A stretch of 64,000 nt of DNA. Source: Candidatus Gastranaerophilales bacterium (GTDB lineage Bacteria; Cyanobacteriota; Vampirovibrionia; Gastranaerophilales; Gastranaerophilaceae). A program made the translations under genes and the position numbers. The stretch covers positions 34,499-98,498 of the forward strand of contig CAJUKY010000003.1 of assembly GCA_910587055.1 (NCBI GenBank), read 5' to 3'. This document shows positions 1-9,117 of this stretch, piece by piece (within the stretch, counting starts at the first letter, position 1; every line of letters begins with the position of its first letter). The notes under the pieces were generated by a model, which was given only the letters and a program-made list of their open reading frames with translations, was not told where the DNA came from and ran no database searches.

Positions 1-123
1 CTTGGAGTAAGTATAAAATATTTTCTTGCGCGCTTAGGGCTTTATAAATCAAGAATATTTAAACACGGCGCCAAAAAGCTGGATGTTAATGCTAAGCTTG
101 ATTATTATTATGTAGGACAATAA
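1..123 (+). CDS. 3' end of a gene truncated by the window edge (last 40 aa, ...KLDYYYVGQ*); product unknown
   Basis: Frame 1 is open from base 1 to TAA at 121-123. The next start (131) is 7 nt downstream, so it is probably in the same operon. No recognisable motif. Confidence 0.3.
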   Translation, partial: LGVSIKYFLARLGLYKSRIFKHGAKKLDVNAKLDYYYVGQ

Positions 124-130
124 CCGTTAT

Positions 131-1615
131 ATGTTATTTTGCAATAAGGCTGTTAAAAACTTTAATATATACGAGTGTTTTTGCATGATTATCTTATTTA
201 TCGGAGTTTTATTGCGTGCAAAAGCCTGCTTTGCAGGTTATACTTTATGGCTTGATGAATGTTCATTATCTTTAAGCATTATGCACGAAAATATTTCCGG
301 TCTTTTTAAGCCGCTTGAACATACGCAGAGTGCACCTTTTTTGTTTATGGCGGCAACAAAGTGTATAACGGGTATCTTTGGTATAAATGAGTTTTCTTTA
401 AGATTTATTCCGTTTATAGCATCAATTCTAGCACTGCCCGTTTTTTATATTTTTTCCGGTAAATTCTTAAGCAAAAAATATTCAATATTAATTGCTTTTT
501 TATTATTCAGCATAAATTTTCATCTTGTATATTACAGTGTAGAATTCAAACAGTATTCGTCAGATGTTTTAATATGTATGCTTTTATTTTTATTTTTTGA
601 TAAATTCAATTTTTCAAAATACAAATATAGAAAAGCCTTCCTGTATGGCTTGGGAACTTTTACAGCTTTTCTTTTTTCATTCCCTTCAATTTTTATTACG
701 GGCGGTTTTGTTTTATACAATTTAATTAATATAAAAAAAGATATAAAAAAAATAGCAGTGTTCTTAAGTTCTTTTATATTTTTAATGCCTGTTTATTATA
801 TTTTTGTGCTATATCCTTCAAGACTCACAATGATGGAAACCTACGGAAATCTCTGGCAAAGCGGCTTTATTACCTTAAATCCCTTAAGTGTAATTATAAT
901 TTTGAAAGAAAATATCAGCTATTTTTTCAGCCAGAATTTATACACCCTTTTTGGCGCAATACTTTTAATAATCGGTTTTATTTGTATTTTCAAAAATATA
1001 AAACAGAATAATAAAACAAGTTTAATCTTCCTATATACTTTTGCTTGTATAATTACTGCATCTTTTTTGGAAATCTATCCGATAAAAGAACGTGCAGCGT
1101 TATATATTTTGCCGTTTTTTCTTATACTTATCATTAAACCGCTTGATTATGTAAACTTTAGAGATATAAAAAATATTGTTAATTCCTTAACTGCCGTTTT
1201 ATTATTTATATTTTTTATAAGTTCGTATAATATTCAATACTTTGCAAATTTTTACAAAAATATTGAACACAAAAAAGGATACGGCGATAAACTTATGCTT
1301 ATTTTAAAGGAAGGTTTTGAAACAGGCGATGTTGTAGTTTTTAATGATGCCTCAAGCCCGATATATGAATACAATTCTATGCGCTATAACTTTGAAAATA
1401 ATAATTTTATTATGGTAAAATCCGTAGAATCAGGTAAAGAATACTATATAAAAACATTAAACAGCCTTCCAAAAGGATATACATACTGGTTTTATTATCC
1501 AAACCAGTATTCGCATGAACACGTAATACCCTATGTGGAAGAATGGGCGCAAAATAAGGATATAATTGACCGTTATAAAATAAATGATGCATATCTTTTG
1601 CATATAAGGCTATAA
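131..1615 (+). CDS. Polytopic membrane protein, GT-C-fold glycosyltransferase-like (ArnT/PMT-like), paralogue 1
   Basis: 494 aa with many hydrophobic segments. W-L-DE acidic motif in the first loop (YTLWLDECSL). Soluble C-terminal region. Clear paralogue of the next ORF. Confidence 0.6.
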   Translation: MLFCNKAVKNFNIYECFCMIILFIGVLLRAKACFAGYTLWLDECSLSLSIMHENISGLFKPLEHTQSAPFLFMAATKCITGIFGINEFSLRFIPFIASILALPVFYIFSGKFLSKKYSILIAFLLFSINFHLVYYSVEFKQYSSDVLICMLLFLFFDKFNFSKYKYRKAFLYGLGTFTAFLFSFPSIFITGGFVLYNLINIKKDIKKIAVFLSSFIFLMPVYYIFVLYPSRLTMMETYGNLWQSGFITLNPLSVIIILKENISYFFSQNLYTLFGAILLIIGFICIFKNIKQNNKTSLIFLYTFACIITASFLEIYPIKERAALYILPFFLILIIKPLDYVNFRDIKNIVNSLTAVLLFIFFISSYNIQYFANFYKNIEHKKGYGDKLMLILKEGFETGDVVVFNDASSPIYEYNSMRYNFENNNFIMVKSVESGKEYYIKTLNSLPKGYTYWFYYPNQYSHEHVIPYVEEWAQNKDIIDRYKINDAYLLHIRL

Positions 1616-1617
1616 AA

Positions 1618-3096
1618 ATGAAGAATGCGCTAAAAAAGAACTTTTTTCATATTTCCGTTTGTTTAATCTTTTTGCTCGGGATTTTTCTCAGGTTCAAAAC
1701 ATATTTTTATTGCAAGCCGTTATGGGGTGACGAGGCGGCTCTTGCATTAAATGTTATGGACGGCAGTTTTTTAGATTTTTTAAAACCGCTTAATTATGTG
1801 CAATGCGCCCCTTTTCTTTTCCTTTCCTTTACAAAAATTTTAACCGGCATATTTGGAACAAGCGAATATGTTTTCAGGCTGATTCCATTTGTATCGGGGA
1901 TATTATCAATTTTTGCCTTTTATTTTCTGTCAAAACAATTTTTAAATAAAAAATGGTCAATTCTGGCCGCAAATTACCTGTTTTGCGTGAATTATAATAT
2001 GATTTATTACAGTGAAGAATTTAAACAATATTCAGTTGAAGTCCTTGTTACGATTTTATCCTTATTATATTTAACAAAACTTGACACCGGTTCGCTAAAT
2101 ACAAAAAAGTGTTTAATTATCGGCTTAATATTTTCTGTTTTATTTTTATTTTCAATACCTGTTATTTTTATATTAATAACTTTTATTATTTATATAGCCT
2201 ATAAAAATCAAAAAAAATCAATAAAACAAATATTTTTTATACTTACACCGTTTGTGCTTTTATTTATACCCTATTATATTTCATTCCTTCTGCCGAGCAA
2301 AAATATAATGCAGATGTATTATTGGGATGAAAAAAATATATACTTGAATTTTCAAAACTTCGGCTATATTACAAAGGAATTTATGCTCTATCTTTACAGA
2401 ATAAATATCAGTCCCTTGATTGCAATAGTTTTAACTGTCTTTGGAGCTCTTATTACCCTTATTAAGAAAAAAAGCGAAACAGATATATTGTTTCTTACCC
2501 TGATTTCCGTTGCCATTATAAGCTCATTTTTACACATATACATTCTTTATAACAGACTCGGGCTTTATTTGTATCCCGTTTTACTTTTACTTATAGTTAA
2601 ACCTTTAGATATTCTAAAATTAAATAAAAAATTAAATATACTTATAAGTTTAGTTATAGTTTTTATATTCGGATTTTATTTCAGAATGAACGGTATAAAA
2701 CATATACAGAAGTTTTATAACAGAGAAATTTTTTATGAGACAAAAGTCAATGATATAGTAAATTTTCTGCATAAAAAAATAAAAGATGACGATATTTTTA
2801 TTATTGGAAATTATACTGCAATTGAATATTATTGCAGACGCTTAAATCTGGATTTAAAACATAAAATATTACTTAAATACTCTGGTACAGAAAACGACAT
2901 TAAATTTTTAGATAAACTTGCACCCGATAAAGCATACTGGTTTTTAAATTCAGGCAGACCTTATGCAACACTGGATAGAGTTCCTTATAAATGGGCTGAA
3001 AGCGGTATGGGAAAAATCACGCAAGAATTCAGGTCTTCAATTAAAAACAAGCCCGATATTATTGACTATGCAATACAAATAAATAAATTAAAATAG
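1618..3096 (+). CDS. Polytopic membrane protein, GT-C-fold glycosyltransferase-like (ArnT/PMT-like), paralogue 2
   Basis: 492 aa. PLWGDEAAL motif. Long collinear similarity to 131-1615 (QCAPFLF..TGIFG..FRLIPF..YYSEEFKQYS). 2-nt gap from the upstream gene. Confidence 0.6.
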   Translation: MKNALKKNFFHISVCLIFLLGIFLRFKTYFYCKPLWGDEAALALNVMDGSFLDFLKPLNYVQCAPFLFLSFTKILTGIFGTSEYVFRLIPFVSGILSIFAFYFLSKQFLNKKWSILAANYLFCVNYNMIYYSEEFKQYSVEVLVTILSLLYLTKLDTGSLNTKKCLIIGLIFSVLFLFSIPVIFILITFIIYIAYKNQKKSIKQIFFILTPFVLLFIPYYISFLLPSKNIMQMYYWDEKNIYLNFQNFGYITKEFMLYLYRINISPLIAIVLTVFGALITLIKKKSETDILFLTLISVAIISSFLHIYILYNRLGLYLYPVLLLLIVKPLDILKLNKKLNILISLVIVFIFGFYFRMNGIKHIQKFYNREIFYETKVNDIVNFLHKKIKDDDIFIIGNYTAIEYYCRRLNLDLKHKILLKYSGTENDIKFLDKLAPDKAYWFLNSGRPYATLDRVPYKWAESGMGKITQEFRSSIKNKPDIIDYAIQINKLK

Positions 3097-3110
3097 TTAA
3101 ACTTTGTATA

Positions 3111-4970
3111 TTAAACCTCGGTTGAAAGAGAAGGCGCAATAACAATAAATTGCCTTACAAGCTCTCTGTCCCATTGAACGCCTGCACCAAGTTTTAAAAT
3201 TTCACAGGCCTTTTCAACTCCGAGCCCTTTTCTGTAAGGCCTATCTGATACAAGAGCATGATATGCATCAGCTATTGAAACAATTCTGGCTGATAACGGG
3301 ATTTCATCGCCTTTCAGACCAAATGGATATCCTGTACCGTCATAATGCTCATGGTGGAATTTTACCATCGGAATTAAATCCCTCAATGATTCATTAGGAG
3401 CCAGCACCTTTTCCGCACCGATTACAGGGTGCTGTTTCATAATTTCCCACTCATCATCATTCAGCATACTCGGTTTTTTAAGCACATTTTCAGGAATGCC
3501 GATTTTGCCTATATCATGAAGCAGGGCGCCAAGTTTAATGCGTTCAACTTCAGCTTCGGGAAGCCTTATGGCTCTTGCAAGGGCCTCAGAATACCTTGAA
3601 ACAAAGGTAGAATGGCCTTTTGTATAAGGGTCTTTTGCATCAATGGTACTTGCTAATGAAGTTACAACATCAAGAAGGTGTTTGTTTGAAATTATCTTTT
3701 CATTATGGAATTTGCTAATCAGTTCTTCTTCAAAGTCTACACCGATTTCAGCGTGTTTTTTGGTTAAAACTTCCGCAAAACATTTGAGCGCTTCATCATC
3801 CCAGAAATTATAATCTTCACTTGTTACAACTATGCAGTTGCCTGATTCGTATGATTTGCTTTTTGAGATATACATAGCCTGCTCTGCCAGAACAAGAAGT
3901 TTTTCCTGATTTTTTGAAGCAAGAGGATATGCCGCAATACCGGCACTGACCTTAATAGGGCCGACAGCATCAACAATAACGCAGGATAGAGTATATGATA
4001 AATATTCTGCGATATATTTTGCCTCTTCAAGCGGAGTATTGGGCATTAATACCGCAATCTCGTCACCGCCGTATCTGCCTGCAAAATCAGTATTTCTGAT
4101 GCTTTGCTTAATTTTATGCGCTACGGTTTTAATGATTTCATCACCTTTAGCATGGCCTAATTCTCTGTTGATTTGGGAAATATTTGAAATATCAAAAATG
4201 CAAATTGACAGCTGCGAATTTGCCTGCTCTGCAAGGTGTATTTGTTTTGACAGTTCTTCCTGCAGGTGCTTGTGGTTTGCAAGTCCTGTTAAAGTATCGG
4301 TATCAGAATTCTTTTCAACCATTTCAAGAAGGTTGATATTTTGAGCAAAAAGCCCTATTGAATTGCCTATAAATTGATACAATTCCGAATACATATCAGC
4401 CCTAAAATCGCCGATTGCATAAACACCCAGACACTCATTTGCCGCAATTAAGGGAAATAAAAGCATGGCTGAACTGTTCAAATAAGAGGCGCTCAAAAAA
4501 GCATTATCCGGAGTTCTCTGCATTTTTTTACCCTGAATACACTTAACAATGGGGTTTTCCGTATCTGCCAGCATAATTTTGCTTGAATAGGTTGAACCAA
4601 CTTTATCCACAAGTTTTATATTTACGCATCTTGATTGTTTATTTAACAACCCTAATGCAGAACAATTTATCTGCATTCTTGTGGATAAGATATTATGAAT
4701 AGAGTAAAACAATTGTCCGAGTTCGTTTTTACTTAAAAACGCCTCATTTATATGCTTTAAAATTTCCTGATAATTAATATTCAGCTGTTTTGCATAATTT
4801 TGAGTCGAATAACCGCCGTAAAGCCGATTTGCACTTGTGCTTGTATGAGCCTGTGTTTTTGAATTAATGGGGTTAGAAAATACGGAATTGATTTTTACTT
4901 CATTCCGGTTCTCTTCTGTATTTGACCTTTTATCATTAACAGGTTTATTTTGAGACTCTTTGAAACTCAC
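3111..4970 (-). CDS. GAF - GGDEF (with RxxD I-site) - HD-GYP composite c-di-GMP turnover protein
   Basis: RNTDFAGRYGGDEIAVLM carries the I-site RNTD five residues before GGDEI. C-terminal HDIGKIGIP and HHEHYDGTGYP are the HD-GYP signatures. GTG start. Confidence 0.9.
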   Translation of the reverse strand: MSFKESQNKPVNDKRSNTEENRNEVKINSVFSNPINSKTQAHTSTSANRLYGGYSTQNYAKQLNINYQEILKHINEAFLSKNELGQLFYSIHNILSTRMQINCSALGLLNKQSRCVNIKLVDKVGSTYSSKIMLADTENPIVKCIQGKKMQRTPDNAFLSASYLNSSAMLLFPLIAANECLGVYAIGDFRADMYSELYQFIGNSIGLFAQNINLLEMVEKNSDTDTLTGLANHKHLQEELSKQIHLAEQANSQLSICIFDISNISQINRELGHAKGDEIIKTVAHKIKQSIRNTDFAGRYGGDEIAVLMPNTPLEEAKYIAEYLSYTLSCVIVDAVGPIKVSAGIAAYPLASKNQEKLLVLAEQAMYISKSKSYESGNCIVVTSEDYNFWDDEALKCFAEVLTKKHAEIGVDFEEELISKFHNEKIISNKHLLDVVTSLASTIDAKDPYTKGHSTFVSRYSEALARAIRLPEAEVERIKLGALLHDIGKIGIPENVLKKPSMLNDDEWEIMKQHPVIGAEKVLAPNESLRDLIPMVKFHHEHYDGTGYPFGLKGDEIPLSARIVSIADAYHALVSDRPYRKGLGVEKACEILKLGAGVQWDRELVRQFIVIAPSLSTEV

Positions 4971-5117
4971 TTTTCCTATTTAAACCTTCTAAAATAGTTC
5001 TTGATTTTTTCACACTTGTATATTTTAAGTACCGAAGGAATAAAATATTGACATCATGTTTAATTTTTGTTACAAAAACTTATTATTTTTTTACAAAAAA
5101 TATTTTACAGCGACACT

Positions 5118-5429
5118 TCAAAAACATTCCTTCATTTGAATTATATTATTTTTTGCCTTAATTAGCAAGCATTTTTGAGATGACTTTTCACCGTTCAAAA
5201 TTGTAATATTACTTTTAGGAACATTACAAATATCGGAAAGATATTCTATCACGGCTTTATTAGCCTTTCCGTCAACCGCCGGCTTATTAATTTTTATTTT
5301 CAAAACATTATCGGAATCATCATCCAAAAATTCAAAACTGTTTTTTTTAGAATTTGCAGATACTTTTATTTTTAACTTATAACCCTCTTTAGAATTATTT
5401 ATAAGCTCTTTTAATTCATTGATATCCAT
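5118..5429 (-). CDS. DUF167 / YggU-family small protein
   Basis: 103 aa. VDGKANKAVIEYLSDICNVPKSNITILNGEKSSQK matches the characteristic YggU core. Confidence 0.75.
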   Translation of the reverse strand: MDINELKELINNSKEGYKLKIKVSANSKKNSFEFLDDDSDNVLKIKINKPAVDGKANKAVIEYLSDICNVPKSNITILNGEKSSQKCLLIKAKNNIIQMKECF

Positions 5430-5489
5430 TCAATCATTTTAATATAAATAACAGATTGAAATATCCTGAAAAAGATGTAAAATTAATCT

Positions 5490-7724
5490 ATGTCATATTT
5501 AATGCTGTTTAATGAATTAAAAGAAATATTAATATCTCAAGGCAGAGAGATGGAAGATATTGAAAAAATTGAGCATGCTTATCTTTTCGCATCCCGTCTG
5601 CATGAAGGACAATACCGTATATCAGAAGAACCCTATATAATCCACCCCATTGAAGTAGCTAAAATTTTAACGGAATTAAGACTCGATACAAATACAATCA
5701 TTGCAGCTTTTTTGCATGACATTTTGGAAGATACGGACACAAAGCCCGAAGAAATTGAAAATAACTTTGGCTCCGATGTTTTAAAGCTTGTAAACGGAGT
5801 GACGAAACTCGGCAAGTATCAATTTAAATCAAAAGAGGAGCGTCAGGCTGAAAACTTCCGCAGAATGTTTATTGCAATGGCGGAAGATGTCAGAATAATT
5901 TTCTTAAAGCTTGCAGACCGCCTTCACAATATGCGCACACTTAATTATATGGCGGCAAATAAGCAAAAGCGCATAGCACAGGAAACTCTTGATATTTTTG
6001 CACCGCTTGCAAACCGTCTCGGTATCGGAAAAATTAAAGCCGAGCTTGAAGATTTGTCGCTTAGATATATTAACCCTGAAAAATATTATGAAATCGCAAA
6101 GCTTGTTGCTCAAACAAAACACGACAGAGATAAAGTAGTTTCAAGTTTGATTGAAACAATTTCAAACAGCCTTAAAGATTCAGGAATTCATGCCACAATT
6201 TACGGCAGAGCAAAACACTATTACAGCATATACAATAAAATGAAACGTCAGAATGTTTCTTTTGATGAATTATACGATATTACGGCAATAAGAGTCATTG
6301 TAGATGATGTCAGAACCTGCTATAACGTCTTAGGTATAATCCACTCCCAGTTTAAACCAATCCCCGGACGTTTTAAAGATTACATAGCAATGCCGAAAGG
6401 CAATATGTACCGCTCTTTGCACACATCTGTTATAGGTTCAAAAAATAAGCCTTTTGAAATCCAGATAAGAACCAAAGAAATGCATGATGTTGCAGAATAC
6501 GGTGTTGCGGCGCACTGGAGATACAAAGAATCAGGCTCTGTCAAAGCAGAGGATAAAAATGATATTCAATTCAACTGGATGAGAAAGCTTGTTGAAATTG
6601 ATAAAGATACAACGGATGCTAAAGAATTTGTAGAAAGCGTAAAGCTTGATTTGTTTTCGGATCAAGTTTTTGCATTTACCCCCGCAGGAGATGTTGTTGA
6701 CCTTCCTTCTAATTCCACCCCCGTTGATTTTGCATACAGAATTCATACGGAAGTGGGCCACAGAACAGTAGGTGCATTAATAAACGGAAGAATTGTTCCG
6801 CTTGATACAAAACTTCAAAACGGTGATATTGTTGAAATTTTAACATCAAAACAATTTATGCCGAAAATTGACTGGCTTAATTTTGTTGTAACAAAAAGCG
6901 CCATTTCAAAAATCCGTTTATGGTTTAAAAAATACAAAAGAGAAGATAATATCGAAATCGGTAAATCCGCCCTTGAAACAAACTTGACCAAGGCTGTATT
7001 TGACGAATACTTAAAATCCGGCGAAATAGACAGATGCGCAAGAGAAATGAACTATAAAAGCGCGCCTGACTTATTTGCAGCGCTCGGATACGGTGAAACT
7101 ACAATACACAAGGTTTTAAACAAGCTTAAAAAACCCGAAAATAAACCTTTAGAAAATATTGAACAAAAAGAGCAGCCAAAAAATAAACGTAACCATAAGA
7201 AAAATGATATTATAGGGTTGGAAGGAATGCTCTGGAGCCTTGCAAAATGCTGTTCACCAATCCCCGGGGAACCCATTGTGGGGGTTGTTACCAAATCAAA
7301 AGGTGTTACTGTTCACAGGCTTGATTGTAAATGCCTGTTTGACATTATTCCTGAAAGGATGATGGATATCAAATGGGCGGATAATGTATCATCCGGCACA
7401 TATATTGCTCATTTAAGAATAGAATCACAGGACAGAGTGGGTATTTTAAAGGATATTTTAATCAAAATTGCAGATACAAACACAAATATAGCCTACGCAA
7501 ACAGTTATTTAAAAAGTAAAAAATTCGGCATTATGGATATCGGCGTTGAATTATCTGATATTGAAACATTGAAAAAAGTTATACTTAATATCCAAACAAT
7601 CCCCGATGTGCTCTCTGTGCGCAGGTTACAGCAAAAAAACGATTTAAACAGCCTGAATAAGGGTAAAAACAAGAATCAAAAAAACAGAAAACAAAACAAG
7701 CCTCAGGCAAAACAGCAGATATAA
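5490..7724 (+). CDS. rel: Bifunctional (p)ppGpp synthetase/hydrolase (RelA/SpoT homologue)
   Basis: HD hydrolase motifs (HPIEVA..FLHDILEDT). Synthetase core (RAKHYYSIYNKM, YRSLHTSV). TGS and C-terminal ACT-like regions. 744 aa. Confidence 0.95.
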   Translation: MSYLMLFNELKEILISQGREMEDIEKIEHAYLFASRLHEGQYRISEEPYIIHPIEVAKILTELRLDTNTIIAAFLHDILEDTDTKPEEIENNFGSDVLKLVNGVTKLGKYQFKSKEERQAENFRRMFIAMAEDVRIIFLKLADRLHNMRTLNYMAANKQKRIAQETLDIFAPLANRLGIGKIKAELEDLSLRYINPEKYYEIAKLVAQTKHDRDKVVSSLIETISNSLKDSGIHATIYGRAKHYYSIYNKMKRQNVSFDELYDITAIRVIVDDVRTCYNVLGIIHSQFKPIPGRFKDYIAMPKGNMYRSLHTSVIGSKNKPFEIQIRTKEMHDVAEYGVAAHWRYKESGSVKAEDKNDIQFNWMRKLVEIDKDTTDAKEFVESVKLDLFSDQVFAFTPAGDVVDLPSNSTPVDFAYRIHTEVGHRTVGALINGRIVPLDTKLQNGDIVEILTSKQFMPKIDWLNFVVTKSAISKIRLWFKKYKREDNIEIGKSALETNLTKAVFDEYLKSGEIDRCAREMNYKSAPDLFAALGYGETTIHKVLNKLKKPENKPLENIEQKEQPKNKRNHKKNDIIGLEGMLWSLAKCCSPIPGEPIVGVVTKSKGVTVHRLDCKCLFDIIPERMMDIKWADNVSSGTYIAHLRIESQDRVGILKDILIKIADTNTNIAYANSYLKSKKFGIMDIGVELSDIETLKKVILNIQTIPDVLSVRRLQQKNDLNSLNKGKNKNQKNRKQNKPQAKQQI

Positions 7725-7733
7725 CGGCTTATT

Positions 7734-8669
7734 ATGGAAATATTTAACACTTTAAAACATCCGATATCCCCTGATGACGGCAAAATTTCATCAATTGCAC
7801 TCGGTTTCTTTGACGGTGTGCATATTGCACATAAAAAAATCCTGAAAACCGCCGTTAATCTTGCAAAAAACGATAACGGGGGCAAAAAAAGCGCCATTAT
7901 AACATTCAAAAAGGCGCCGGGAGGGTATTTTAATCCCGCAAAGGGTATAAGTATTCAAAAACTTGATGATAAAATTAAAATGTTTGAGGCCATAGGGATT
8001 GATATTGCTTATATTCTGGATTTTGAAGAGTACAAAAACATTGAAGCCATAGAGTATTTAAGGCTTCTTGTTAAAAATTTTGCCCCTGATTATATAATAA
8101 CAGGCTTTAATCATACATTCGGCAAAAAGGAAGAGGGAAAAATACAGGGCAGCAGCAGCTTTTTAAAGGAACATCAAAACCTTGGATACAGGTATGTTGA
8201 AATTGAAAAAATGCGTCTTAATAATGTGCTTATCTCAAGCACAAATATTAAAAAATTTATAGAACTTGCATATATTAAAGAGGCAAATGAGCTTTTGGGA
8301 TATGATTTTAATATTAAAGGCAAAGTCATAAAAGGCATGGGTTTAGCGCGCAAACTGGGATTTAATACTGCAAATATTAAATGGCCGGAAAATATTGTAA
8401 AGCCGCCTTACGGAGTTTATTTCGGAACGGTTGAATATAATAATTTTCAATACAGAGCTCTTATCAACTGGGGAGTAAAGCCTACTGTCAATAATAACAA
8501 CGAAGCGATTCTTGAAGCTCATATTCTGGATTTCAATCAAGATATTTACGGAAAAGAAATAAGGGTTTATTTTAAAAAACCTTTGAGGGAAGAAAAAAAA
8601 TTTAAGAATATTGAAGAATTAAAGAATGCAATAGCAAATGATATTCAATGTATTATCAATCAAGAATAA
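7734..8669 (+). CDS. ribF: Bifunctional riboflavin kinase / FMN adenylyltransferase
   Basis: GFFDGVHIAHKKIL N-terminal adenylyltransferase motif. C-terminal riboflavin kinase region (GxxLGFNTANI, EAHILDF). Confidence 0.9.
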   Translation: MEIFNTLKHPISPDDGKISSIALGFFDGVHIAHKKILKTAVNLAKNDNGGKKSAIITFKKAPGGYFNPAKGISIQKLDDKIKMFEAIGIDIAYILDFEEYKNIEAIEYLRLLVKNFAPDYIITGFNHTFGKKEEGKIQGSSSFLKEHQNLGYRYVEIEKMRLNNVLISSTNIKKFIELAYIKEANELLGYDFNIKGKVIKGMGLARKLGFNTANIKWPENIVKPPYGVYFGTVEYNNFQYRALINWGVKPTVNNNNEAILEAHILDFNQDIYGKEIRVYFKKPLREEKKFKNIEELKNAIANDIQCIINQE

Positions 8670-8886
8670 AAAATGTAAGCATTGAAAACACTGCCCATAA
8701 ACCTAATAAATAAGCACTGCAAAATGTATATGATGATGGCTTCATAATAGTTAAATCCTTTATTAATAGTCTTTTTAATTTCCTTTTGTCAATAATTTAA
8801 AACAACGTTATTAAAAAATAACTCCTCCGACAGGATAGTATCAAATAACAATAGTGTTAAAAAACTTCATAATTCTCAAGAGTTAA

Positions 8887-8915
8887 TTGATAAAAATTTT
8901 AAATAGTGTTAAAAT
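8887..8915 (+). promoter_or_regulatory. Candidate sigma70-type promoter (TTGATA-17 nt-TAAAAT) for the 9118 operon
   Basis: Read directly: ttgata 8887-8892, 17-nt spacer, taaaat 8910-8915. Would give a leader of about 195 nt. AT-rich background, so only suggestive. Confidence 0.3.
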
Positions 8916-9117
8916 TACACTTCCGAAGGCTTAGAGTTTTAGATATAAATTACTATACCAAAATGCCTGTTTTATCACGCTTTAAGCTTGCGGAGCAGAA
9001 ATTTACAATCTGACAAAAATAAAAACTGTAAATTTTTGTTTAAAAAGTTGCTTCATGGTAGCAATTTATATCATTCAGATGTGTTATATTTCTTGTGATT
9101 ATTTTTTAAAGAAGTTT

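Noticed and set aside
5048-5076. TTGACA-17-TACAAA promoter-like element on the plus strand, pointing antisense into the DUF167 gene.
   Set aside because: The -10 box is weak (lacks the final T), there is no downstream plus-strand ORF or terminator, and it could equally be chance in the A/T-rich upstream region of the GGDEF gene.
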